A stretch of 64,000 nt of DNA from the human T2T-CHM13v2.0 reference genome, Homo sapiens. Position numbers and translations under genes: made by a program. Below the pieces are notes generated by a model. It worked only from the letters and a program-made list of their open reading frames with translations. It made no database searches and was not told the DNA's origin. This document shows positions 25,287-38,486 of the stretch, in pieces. Where the stretch lies: NCBI RefSeq assembly GCF_009914755.1, contig NC_060934.1; one strand, written 5' to 3'. How positions within the stretch are numbered: position 1 is the stretch's first letter; every line of letters starts with the position of its first letter.

Positions 25287-26502
25287 ATTTTTTATTTTTA
25301 TAGGTTTTTGGGGAACAGGTGGTGTTTGGTTACATGAGTAAGTTCTTTAGTGGTGATTTTTGAGATTTTGGTGCACCCGTCACCTGAACAGTATGCACTG
25401 AACCCAATTTGTAGTCTTTTATCCCTCACCCCTTTCTCACCCTTTCCCCCCAAGTCCTTAAAATCCATTGTATCATTCTTATGCCTTTGCATATTCATAG
25501 TTTAGCTCCTACTCATGAGTGAGAACATACAATATTTGGTTTTCCCTTCCTGAATTACTTTGCTTAGGATAGTATTCTCCAATCCCATCTAGGTTGCTGC
25601 GAATGCCATTAATTCATTCCTTTTTATGGCTAAGTAGTATTCCATTGTGTATACATACCACAGTTTCTTTATCCGTTTGTTGATTGATGGGCAATTGGGT
25701 TGGTTCCACATTTTTGCAATTGAGAATCGTGCTGCTATAAACATGCGTGTGCAAGTATCTTTTTCAAATAATGACTTCTTTTCCTCTGGGTAGATACCCA
25801 GGAGTGGGATTGCTGGATCAAATGGTAGTTCTACTTTTAGTTCTTTAAGGAATCTCCATACTGTTTTCCATAGTGGCTGTGCTACTTTACATTCCCACCA
25901 GCAGTGTAGAAGTGTTCCCTTTTCACTGCATCCATGCCAACATCTGTTATTTTCTGATTTTTTGATTATGGCCATCCTTGTGGGAGTAAGGTGGTATCAC
26001 ATTGCAATTTTGATTTGCATTTCCCTGATCATTAGTAATGTTGAGCATTTTTTCATATGTTTGTTGGCCACTTGTATATCTTCTTTTGAGAATTGTCTTT
26101 GCATGTCCTTAGCTCACTTTTTGATAAGATTGCTCATCTTTATCTTGCTAATTTGTTTGAGTTTGTTATAGATTCTGTATATTAGTCCTTCATCAGATGT
26201 GTAGATTGTGAAGATTTTCTCCCACTCTGTGGGTTGTCTGTTCACTCTTCTGACTATTCCTTTTGCCGTGCAAAAGCTCTTTAGTTTAATTAGGTCCCAA
26301 CTATTTATCTTTGCTTTTATTGCATTTGCTTTTGGGTGCTTGGTTATGAAATCCTTGCCTAAGCCAATGTCTGGGAGAGAGTTTCCAATGTTATCTTCTA
26401 GAATTTTTATAGTTTCAGGTCTCAGATTTAGTTCCTTGAGTTAATTTTTGTATAAGGTAGAGATGAGGATCCAGTTTCATTCCCCTGCATGTGGCTTGCT
26501 AA
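25287..26502 (-). mobile_element. L1PB1-like 3' portion
   Basis: ORF 25589-25975 ([39 protein letters not shown]) is the L1 ORF2 C-terminus; 3' UTR ggtttttggggaacaggtggtgtttggttacatgagtaag is L1PB-type. Confidence 0.92.
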
Positions 26503-26503
26503 T

Positions 26504-26870
26504 GCAGGAGAATGAATAACCAAATTATGGTCTTATTCATATGATGGGGTACTATCAGCAATAGAGCAGAACAACCTTCTGATACAACACAGAGGACATG
26601 AAAAGTGGATGCCAAGCAAAATAAGTCAGATGGAAAAGAGTCTATCCTGTATTATTTCACTGACTTAAAGTTTTTGAACAGGCAAAACCAATCTTTGAAT
26701 TGAGTGTGAGAATATATAGATAGAAAGAGGCATGAGAGAAAATGCAATGATGATAAAAATATTCTGAATCTATCAGGGCGGTACCTACATTGGTATACAC
26801 ACATGTAGAAATTCATTGAGATGGGTAATTGTGACTTATACTTGTATTATATGTAAATATAAAGCAATAA
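26504..26870 (+). mobile_element. Continuation of the L1ME 3' end after the L1PB insertion
   Basis: gaatgaataaccaaattatgg...aaacaggcaaaaccaatc...gcaataa. Confidence 0.65.
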
Positions 26871-27090
26871 GCTATCATTTCAATATCTATCAAATATGGT
26901 TTCATTTTAATATTTGTGGGGTTTTTTTAGCTAGAATCTTGAGCTATTTACAATCATCCCTAGTGAATAGTTTTGGATAGCATGGGATGAAAAGGAGTAA
27001 ATTTTAGCGCAAAAAGCAATACGACCTTAAAGCTAATTTAATTAATGTCCAAATCTGACCTCTTTTGGTTTTCTATTAGCAAGTTAACTT

Positions 27091-27390
27091 TTTTTTTTTT
27101 TTTTTTTTGAGACGGAGTCTCGCTCTGTCGCCCAGGCCAGAGTACAGTAGTGCAATCTCGGCTCACTGCAACCTCCGCCTCCCGGGTTCACGCCATTCTC
27201 CTGCCTCAGCCTCCTGACTAGCTGGGACTACAGTCTCCCGCCACCACGCCCAGCTAATTTTTTTGTATTTTTAGTAGAGACGGGGTTTCACCGTGTTAGC
27301 CAGGATGGTCTCGATCTCCCGACCTTGTGACCTGCCCGCCTCGGCCTCCCAAAGTGCTGGGATTACAGGCGTGAGCCACTGCGACTGGCC
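27091..27390 (-). mobile_element. AluY, full length
   Basis: Y diagnostics ccgggttcacgccattctcc and ccgtgttagccaggatggtctcgatctcc; CpG-rich; perfect TSD AGCAAGTTAACTT (27078-27090, 27391-27403). Confidence 0.97.
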
Positions 27391-28505
27391 AGCAAGTTAA
27401 CTTCTTACCTTACAAGGCTCAAAACAAACGCCAGAATAGCATAATATGCCCGGGAGGAGGCGGGAAGGGCCTCCCGTGGTCACTAAGTAAGAATGCTCTG
27501 GCCTTCAGCTTGTTCATTTCCTGATTGACTACAGGACTGACTTGCAGGCCTAAAATGTTGAAAGATCAAAAACACCAGGGATTGTGAATTAATCTGAGGA
27601 CTGCATTTTATATTTTATACAATATATTTTTATACAATAAAATAATCTTTATTCAGTTGAATCCATTTCATCAAAATTTATCGATTAAAATCAGTCCTAT
27701 CAGTAGCTCACTTTTTTCTTTGGTGGATGGTTTACTAGGAAGGCATCGAATAGAGGATAATGGGGTGTCCTTTTCTTGTATTTTCCCTGCTGCCATTGGC
27801 TGGCTGTGTGCCTGGGTTTACATCTAACCAGCCCACCTCAGGATCTTTCCATATTGACCTTTCCATAGCCAGTAATCGACCTTCCCTTTGGTGTTGGATA
27901 CAGCATTTATTCTAGTACATCTTTTATTGTAATTGCTCATTAGATGATATTTTCCCTGTTGAGGATTAAGTTTTGTCCCAGAATGACTTACTCTCTCCCC
28001 AAAGAACTGACAAAAGAGGTGAAACAATCACGCAGATGAACAGTCATTTGACAGCTTTTCCTCGGACAGCTCCCCAATCCTCCCTTGCCCACCCAGGAGG
28101 GGCTGTGGTTCTCCTCGTCCTCCTCAGCGCAGCTCTCAGCCTGCTCACTGTCCCTCAGTGGATTCTGCTCCTCTTCCTCTATTCTCAGGTTGTGGGATTT
28201 TAATGTTTGTATGACAGTGGGCTGAATGATAGATATTCTCTGCAAAATCTTATCTTTTTCTACATTTTTTCCGTCTCTTAAAAAGATAATATTTTCCTCC
28301 ACATTTTATATGTTTCTCAAAATATTTGCCGTTTCAAAAATTTATCATATAATCTCAGGGGAAAGATAGGGGATAAAGCATAATATTTACTGTACCAGAC
28401 ACATCCACCTCCAGTTAGAGCTCCATGACTACCTCTGCTTCTGCTCCTCGACCTTTGCCATCAGATTTTCCCAACAACCCATTCAAGGATACTGTTTCCT
28501 CTCAT

Positions 28506-28568
28506 TTTCTTCCTTCCTTCCTTCCTTTCTTCCTTCCTTCCTTCCTTCTTCCTTCCTTCCTTCCTTCC
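28506..28568. repeat. (CTTC)n microsatellite
   Basis: Direct inspection. Confidence 0.9.
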
Positions 28569-29607
28569 TGTTGTACTTCCCTTTCTATTCTTAAACTTCC
28601 CATCTGTTTATATTTATTGTGCAGTTCTTTTATTCATTTACTAAAATAATTTTCCATAGATTTTTGTTGTTATTGATTTAAGTCCCAATCTAGAATTCCT
28701 GCATTTGCCTGTCTCTGGGTTTTGCTCAGTCCTGTCTTGGTAGATGTCAAATTTCCTTGCTTCTTCAAGTATCAACTAATTTTTTTATTGGATTTCAGGT
28801 ATATTGTGTAAAACGTCCAGAAGATAATTAGATGCATCATTTTTACACCCAGAAAGCTCCATGCCTCTTGTGTCAGGAGGCCATTTTGGGTCTTGGGTCA
28901 ATCTACTCTGTGGCTGAGTTCAATCTGGGATTTATTTTTCCTAACTAGAGTCAATTCGCTCTGAGGTGCTAATAATTTGAGAGCAGTGTGAGAAGAGTTT
29001 TTGAGGAGGTGAGTGCCTAGGAGTCTTTGTTCTTCTCAATGTCTTAGTCTTTCCCCCAGACTTGAGCAGGACCAGCCCTGGGGTTCTCTGCTCCCCTACT
29101 CTGCCTGAAGCTTTTTATGAGCATAAAGGTGAGACCCATCGGTAAGGACAGGCAGGTGAAAGCCAACCCTTCATGGGGTTCCTCGCGGCTTTCACCCACC
29201 ATTCTAGTGGGTACTTGGCCCTAAAGTCCATGGAAATTCAGCTGCCATGTTCTTACCTGCCCCTTCCTCCACGGAGGGCAGCTCCATCCCTGATCTGTGA
29301 TTCCAGTGAAGATAAAAGTCACTGAGCATCTCCTCTTCCAAGGAGGAGACTCATCTTCCCGGCCCACTGGGTTTCTCTGCCTCCTCCACTCTCGGATGGG
29401 CATCGAGGCCTTCTCACTCTGGAGAGTCTTTGAGTGGTGTCTGTTGTCATGGCAATGTGATGCTTTATTTCAACTTTCTGTGTCTTGAGCAGAAATAAAG
29501 AATTTAATACATTTGTAAAGAATTATCAAACAAAAAGGAAATAACCAATAACAACTAGCCACATGTCTACCAATATGTCACTGTCAAGTACCCCTCTTGA
29601 GTTTTAA

Positions 29608-30066
<459 letters not shown>

Positions 30067-30664
30067 TAGGTGGAATGCCACATTTGAGTATGACATGAGT
30101 TGCTATCTCACCCTCCTCTTGAACTCCGCCTCCCCACATTTCTCCAGAAAAGTAGATCCACACACGCAGGGTTTTTGGATAGAATATCAACATTACCTGA
30201 GGACCAGAGCAGGCGTTTTATAAAGGATGCTGCACAGGCAACGGAGGCTCCTTCAGGCATGCTGCTGTCCTTGGAGGACTTGCTTTGCCCATCACTGGCC
30301 TCCTGTCCCCATGTGCAGCACTCAGCTTCATTGCCAACACTCTCCCTCCTGTGAATTTCCCCCAAGAATTCTCTATTCTAATCCATTAATTATGCAGAAT
30401 TGCTTCTTTCTGTTCTATGAAATATAGCTGTAGCCTAAACAAAATATCTCTCCAACACAGAAATGACCTTACCAGAGGCTTAGAAAGTAAGACTACCTCG
30501 AAGTTGTTACATTTAAAATGTACTAGTGTTGCTTTCATTAATATACTTACGCTTTTTGATCTATTTTCTCATATCTCTATGTACACATGTCCTCAATGCA
30601 GGATATTCAGACATGATGATTATGTTTGTGGATATAGAATAGATTAGAATGCCTTACAAATCTT

Positions 30665-30805
30665 TTTAAAATTGTTGTTTGTATAATTTTAGGGGGTACA
30701 GGTACAATTTTGTTGCAAGCACAGATTGCATAGTGGTGATGTCAGGGCGTTTACGATATCCATCATCCAAATAACATATATTGTACCTATTAAGTCATTT
30801 CTCTT
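30665..30805 (-). mobile_element. L1 (L1PB4/L1MA1-3-like) extreme 3' fragment
   Basis: agggggtacaggtacaattttgttg...gattgcatagtggtgatgtcagggcgttt. Confidence 0.7.
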
Positions 30806-31806
30806 GGAATTCTCACTGAACCACAACTATACTGGATGGTTATGAAAGGCCGCCCCCAGTGGCTAGATAATGTTGAGAGAATCACACCAAATATCAAAAG
30901 AATTAGAACTCTTTTATGTTAAAAGTTAATCTAAATGTAGCATTCTACTCCCTGTTTTAAACTTAATTTTACATGAAATGTTAATTTTATATATATATGT
31001 GTATATATACACATATATGTATGTGTGTATGCATGTGTATCCCATTTATGCATACAATATATGTTGTCCTGTGGGCTCCAGAATCTTCTGAAACATAATT
31101 GCATATATTTACAATTTTCGGAGAAACACAGGGACATGTTTTTCACGTCTTCCCTGACTTACCACATTGCATGTAACAATTCAAGACTGCAGCCTACAGT
31201 GCCTCTCCTCCACGTTCCTCTGGAATTTTGTATTTTATTAAATCCTACCCTTGAACACTCAGCAAGTGGCCCCCTTACCAATGTCTTGCCCATCCTATCC
31301 AGAGATCACAGATGGAGATTTCAATCCAGGTCTTATTTTCGCTGTGCTTGCCGTGTTTAGTGCCCTCCCTAAGCGGCTGCCAGCGAGGCACCTGGCCCAG
31401 CTGAGATGGATGTCCTCTCCCCAGCACGAGGTTGCATGGGACGCCTCTGCCCACCTGACCTCAGACTAATTGTACAATTAGTGCTGTAATATAAAGTCTC
31501 TGAGTGAACACAAGTTCCCTCTTGCCATGATTAACTCCTGGGCTCCGAGGCAGCAGGAACCATTCACACAGTGCAAACTAATTAATGTTGGAGGACACAA
31601 GTGAGGACAAGGGAGGTCATGGAGCTGGAGGCTCGCGACAGAGCCGATGGCAACAGAAATCAAAGTGCAGCTACAGCAGTCACAATGGAAATTTTTTCAA
31701 ACTGAATTTTATTATTTTCTCTTCATTTCTCTTATTATTTTCTCTTGACTTTGCATACAGGAGGCTGGGGGATATAGAAAAGAAAGACATTGTTATAATG
31801 ATGCAG

Positions 31807-31925
31807 CTCTGAACAGCTTATCTGCTGTATGTTTCAATATACTTAATAAAAAATTAATACTTAATTTAATTAATAATATTAAAAAATAAGCATTTTGAAA
31901 CATACAGCAGATAAGCTGTTCAGAG
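31807..31925. repeat. Perfect 31-bp inverted repeat with 57-nt AT-rich spacer
   Basis: CTCTGAACAGCTTATCTGCTGTATGTTTCAA (31807-31837) is the exact reverse complement of 31895-31925. Confidence 0.95.
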
Positions 31926-32338
31926 GGCCACAGCCTCAATGGCTGGAGGAATCCTGTGACCGGGAAAGTCTATGTTTTCACCAATCTTCGTTAGCCAGTC
32001 GTAGGAAGCACGGCTGATATGGGCTTGGGGATTAAAAGTTACTGTTCTGGCCATGTTGCCATCAACTCCCAATATATGACACATGGGAAGATTAAAACAT
32101 AAACACAAGCAGCAAAAGTGAAATAAAAATACCAGTAAAAAACAATGATGCTATTCCTATAGTTTATGAAACTGAGTGAAGACAAAGATCTCTCTAGAAT
32201 CAAAAAGTGGTACCTTAAAATTCTCCTATTTAATCCTACCATAGGCAAATCTGAAAAAAAAATTGCTCCTTGATCTTTGTGACTTTTTACTGATAAGAAT
32301 TATTGCTAAGTGGCAAAAATCAAAAACAAACAAAAAAT

Positions 32339-32822
32339 CACCATAGTATACGCCATAGTATACACCGTAGTATACACTGTAGTATACACCATAGTATACA
32401 CCACAATATACACCACAGTATACACCATAGTATACACCGTAGTACACACCCTAGAATACACCATAGTATACACTGTAGTATACACCACAGTATACATCAT
32501 AGTATATACCATGGTATTCACCATAGTGTACACCATAGTATACACAGTATACACTGTAGTACACACCATAGTACACACCATAGTATGCAACACAGTATAC
32601 ATCACAGTATACACCATAGTATACACCATAGTACACACCATAGTATACACAGTAGTATACACCATAGTATACACCATAGTATACACCATAGTATGCACCG
32701 TAGTAGACAACATAGTACACACCATAGTATACACCACAATATACACCACAGTATACACCATAGTTTACACCATACTATACACCATAGTATATACCATAGC
32801 ATCCACCATAGTATCCACCATC
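32339..32822. repeat. 12-bp minisatellite (CACCATAGTATA), ~40 copies
   Basis: Tandem units visible; they give the HHSI / YTIV / YYGV repetitive ORFs. Confidence 0.97.
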
Positions 32823-34916
32823 CTTAGCAGGATGTGTTCCAGAAATTTAAAAATCCATCCTGACATTTTGGTGGAAATCTGTAAGGTGATCTATATTAGG
32901 GATAAATCCTAATGATTTGACAGACCAGCTAGAGGAACTTACAGGACACATGGAATGTAATGACCCATGCAGTGGTGAGTGTGACAGTGAAGAATATGAG
33001 GATGAAAATCATCCCCACCCCAGGTTGTTGGAGACACTGATCCAAACCGGTGGTGATCGTGATGCATTCGAAGGCTTGCTAGTAAGTCAATGCCTTTGAA
33101 CCCGGGCATGAGATATCCAGTGATCGAATACTATGTTTTGGATGACAGTTGAATATTTGACATCCAAATTAAATCCACTTTGAGCACGTAAGACTCTCGT
33201 GAAGTAGCCAAAGGCAGCACTTGAACCGTTTATAGCACACACACATTAATTTAATCCGTTCTGCAGATCGTAAGGCTCATTAGTATATTACAGGATCCTG
33301 GAATCCCTGGGGTGAAGAAATCTCTCATACCTTGTTAAATCCAAAGCTTCCTGCTTTTTTTTTCAATCCACAGGACCCCATTTCAAACGGCATTTTAAAA
33401 TGGAAAACACTTTAAGGTATGCTGGTTTATGGTGTGCTTATTTACGGGAAAAAAATGCAGCCCTTCAAACAGGGCCAAGGAGTGGCAATGAGTGGTTTTC
33501 TCCTCGCAGTATTCTCAAGTTTGGGTTAAGCTGTACTAAGTGAGTTGGACTCTGTCAAGGATTCAGTAAATTCTGCAAGGACATTTTAAAAAAGATTATT
33601 CATATGAACCCTCCTCCACTCTAACTTTCCCATGAGAAAGACTAATTCGAAAGGTCAGCTGAGCGCCCCTTCTTATGATAGAACAGACATCTGCAAAGTG
33701 GTCACTGACTGTCCCTGGCTCCTGTCCACTCCAGGGCAGAGCAGCTGGACGGAAGTGTGCAGTCTTGGGCAGCAATTTGTTTGTAATCTTTCGATTTATT
33801 TGTAATCTTTGGATCATTGTGAGTGCATTAAAAGGCAGCTCAGGGGGTCACAGCCAGATTCAGACATGTGTCTGCTTTACCAACCTTGGGTGGGAAATAA
33901 AAGCAGCGCTTTGCTAAATTAAGTTGTAAATGATTCACTGATCCAAAGAGATTATTGTGACAGTCAGACTAAATTTTCCTTCTGGGGAATAAAAACTGAC
34001 ATTGAACAACTTTCCGATGCAGCAGGGAAAATAATCCTGTTCCTACAAGTCCTAAAGTGATAAACTGGGAAGTGTTTTCAAATTTCAGTGTTGTTATTTC
34101 GTTGTACCTATATTTTGATTTATTTTTCTTTTAGCTTTTCCTATTTGTAATAATCCCATTTACCTAGCTCAATATGCCCTCAGAGCCCATAAAAACACCC
34201 TATGCATTTCATCTGTATTTTAGTTGATAAATTACATATACCTAATGTATCAACTAAAATTAGAATGCATGCACGTAGAAGTATATCTATACGTGTATAT
34301 ACACGTGTGTAAATATGTGTATATATACACACATATAGATACATGTGCATAGATTCTAATATATTGTCTATAATTGTCTATAATTCTTTTGTATTTATAT
34401 TAAAAGATTGGAGCAAACCTGATTTTATGATTGTCTCAGTTTTTACTTTTTTATTTACTTTCCATTCCATGTGCTGATATCATTTCCCGCCGCCTCAGCA
34501 CAGTTACATCAATGCAGCCTGCAAGAAGACACACTCCAGGGGTCAGATCATTAGAGGGGCTTTAATCTTGTAGAACAATGTTTCAATACTGTTTACACCA
34601 GGGGCTTTCTTGTACAAACCGTCTTTACACAAGACAAGAATAACATAGGAAAGAACTATTTGTCTCTGATCTGTGCAAAGAAGGAGAGCAAACGGGAATC
34701 CTCAGGGGCTTTTTCGTCTTTTAAACCTACCAGGAGGAGATTAATCAAAGGTATCTATGCTGTCTGATGTACAATCAGTTACATAGCCGCAGTGCCATTG
34801 ATCAAGTTATGGTGGAATAACGGAATCCCAGCATCCGAAGCAGCGACATGGTGGGGGCAGAAACCAGCCCCAGCACCGCACGCTGTTCACAGAGCAACAT
34901 CGGTGAGGAAGCGTGA

Positions 34917-35191
<275 letters not shown>

Positions 35192-35711
35192 TCTCAGTCT
35201 CATCAGCATTGGTTTGCTTATGATTTAATCCATGTTTTATTGTACATTTCACACATACCAAGCGCTTTTTTATTTAATTAAATGTGATCTTATTTAATAC
35301 TCACCATGATGAGTGAAATAAGCCTGAGAGTATTTAAAGAGTATTGTGAGCTCTTGCCCTGTCCCAGGCCCCTGTAATAGACATGTCAAAATAGAAGATA
35401 CTGTATTGTAGGTACTTCCTTCAGCTCTCATAGTAATCAAAGTTCAAGATGTCTTTCTACATAATTCAGTCTATTAAACATGCAGCAAACATTCCGTGGG
35501 TAGGGGGCTTAGGAAATGATAGAGATCAACAGTCAGGCTATCCTACTAACTAGTTTGCGTAAGTTTCTTTTGTATTTCTGGTGTCTGCTCCTTCAATTAA
35601 AATGTGTTTGTCTTTATGGTTGTGTACCTCCTTATTTTTGGTTCTGTTGTTCTCACTTAAAGATATAGTCACATTTTTTTTTGAGATAAATGTGAAACAT
35701 AAGAACTCTAT

Positions 35712-35976
35712 TTTTTTTTTTTTTCAGACACCGTCTGGCTCTCTCACTGAAGCTGGAGTGGCGCGATCTTGGCTCACTGCAACCTCCGCCTCCTGGGTTC
35801 AAGCAATTTTTCTGCCTCAGCCTACAGAGTAGCTGGGACTACAGGTGCGTGCCACTACCTCTGGCTAATTTTCGTATTCTCAGTAGAGATGGGGTTTCAC
35901 CATATTGGCCAGGCTGATCTCGAATTGCTGACATCATGATCCACCAGCCTTGGCCTCCCAAAGTGCTGGGATTACA
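35712..35976 (-). mobile_element. AluS, slightly 5'-truncated
   Basis: TSD AACTCTATTTTT on both sides. Confidence 0.93.
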
Positions 35977-36006
35977 TATCAACTCTATTTTTATGAAAAA
36001 TAATTG

Positions 36007-36304
<298 letters not shown>

Positions 36305-36536
36305 TAATTTCTATATTTAAAAAACATGCAATATCAAATTGAGAGTAATGCATTTTAAATTAGATGCCTTGGATTAGCTGCAAAGGGAATGCATATATCT
36401 TATTGGGATTTTTTTTTAATGAAGAGAGAGTAGTAGAGAGAGTGAAAACACATTTCCTGGATTTAATGAAAGAAGAAAAAAAACCCAAAAATAATAATAA
36501 TAAAAAAAAGTAAGTAGATCTAATTAAAAAAACCCA

Positions 36537-36832
<296 letters not shown>

Positions 36833-37552
36833 TCCCCGAAGAACAAAAAGTAACAGAGGGTGATCAAGTAATGTCTCAGAGGAATTTGAACCAGAGAAAG
36901 TAAAACATGACTTTAATCAGGCAGAAAAACAAAGTAAACAAATAAAGTTATGTCTTAGATATTGAGGCTTTGGTGAGTTGAAGAACAGGTGGGGCTCGTG
37001 AACAGTAGCAGACTCAAGGGATGACAAGCACATAAAATAACCCATGGTAGCTGAAGAAGTGGAAACCGCTCAGAGCATCCTAGAATATTTGATGCATTTT
37101 TTTCTGGCATTACTGCAGAATACATCCCAATAAGGAAGTATTCAAAGAAAACAAATTTGTAGTATGGTCAACTGTGATACAAATGGATTTTGCCAAAACA
37201 TGGTCAGTGTGTTTGAAGTTTCTTGCAAGAGAAAAATATAAGAGGCAAAGCCACCCAAAATATTTCTGGTCAGCAGGTGAGTTATGTGGTCCACTGACAT
37301 GCAGGGAACTCGGGAAACCCTGAAGGATCTCCTGGGATTATGCAGAGGAGAAATGGGGAGAGAAGCTCAGCCAAGACACTCTGCTGGTTAACTTCTGGGT
37401 GTGCACGCAAGGGAGGAAGCACAGCTAGCATTTAATCCAGTCTCAAATGAGGCCAAAGGCAGAGGGGAAGGAAGGAAAGTCCAGAAACCAGGGCAGAAGA
37501 GTCAGGGTCTCAATACAATGGTTAGAAATGGCAGATCAATAACAGCCATGAC

Positions 37553-37991
37553 TGTGGAGTCCTAATAAGGGAACAGGAGCCAGGCTGGGGGGAGATGGGG
37601 AAAGCAAAAAGCAGAAGCAGATATGCTGTAAGCCTGCCTTTCTTCACGGTGCAGGACACACAGCCCTCCTGTGCAAATAACTCACAATCTTCCTGGGCCC
37701 AGCTATCCCCAGACCCTGTGCTGATAGAAAAATGCCAGTTAGCTCACTGCAACCTTGGTGTTATTAGTACTGCAAGTGGCTCTCTCCAGCACAAGCACCT
37801 TCCTATAAAATCCCCAGCAAGTCTCTGTCCCCTTGCAGCCAGCTCCTCTCTTGCCGACTTGCCCATTGCTTTCTTGCAACGTATTTTCCTACTTTCTCTA
37901 ATAAATCTGTATTTCTTTACCTACAACTGTCTTGCTAAGTTCTTTTTACTGCCTGAGTCACACTGATCCCAGATAGTCACTACTCATGACA
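37553..37991 (+). mobile_element. ERVL solo LTR (LTR47A-like)
   Basis: TG...CA termini; 5-bp TSD ATGAC/ATGCC; TATAAAA at 37804; AATAAA at 37900; start tgtggagtcctaataaggg matches recalled LTR47A. Confidence 0.85.
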
Positions 37992-38486
37992 ATGCCCCTT
38001 ATTAATAAGCATATGGAGTTTAAAACTGATTGATTCCATATATTCATTCAAATATATTACAAATACATTCAAATATATTATAAATGCACATGATTTGCAT
38101 ATGGTTATTCATACAATTCTGTATTATATAAACTGTTTTATAATATTTTTTCCTCTTCATATTATATTGTGACAGCATCCTATAATGTCTGAATTATTTC
38201 TAAAATGCATTTTTATAGCTACATAATATTCCACTGTGTGGAGGTAATAATGATTTAATTGATATAAATTATTAAATACTGAAAGATTTTTAAAAATATA
38301 TTTTCTTATTTATAAAAATGTTGCTATACATGATTGTTTGCTTTGGATAACAGACTTGAAAGAAAATGAGCAGTCTGAAAGAAATGATATTTAAAATTTT
38401 TGATCCATATTATAAATAATTATTTAAAAATATTTGACCCATTTATAATTAAACCAGAAATATTTTCTTACATCCTCATTTTATGA

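Noticed and set aside
27890-29200. Possible very old L1/HAL1 remnant and 104-aa ORF at 27988-28302
   Set aside because: Too diverged to assign with confidence by eye; no protein family recognised.
32226-32912. ORFs up to 200 aa (His-rich, YTIV repeats)
   Set aside because: Translation of a 12-bp minisatellite; no splice or promoter context.
34765-34790. caatcagttaca resembling Y RNA
   Set aside because: No GGCTGGTCCG 5' end or 3' stem; the match is too short.
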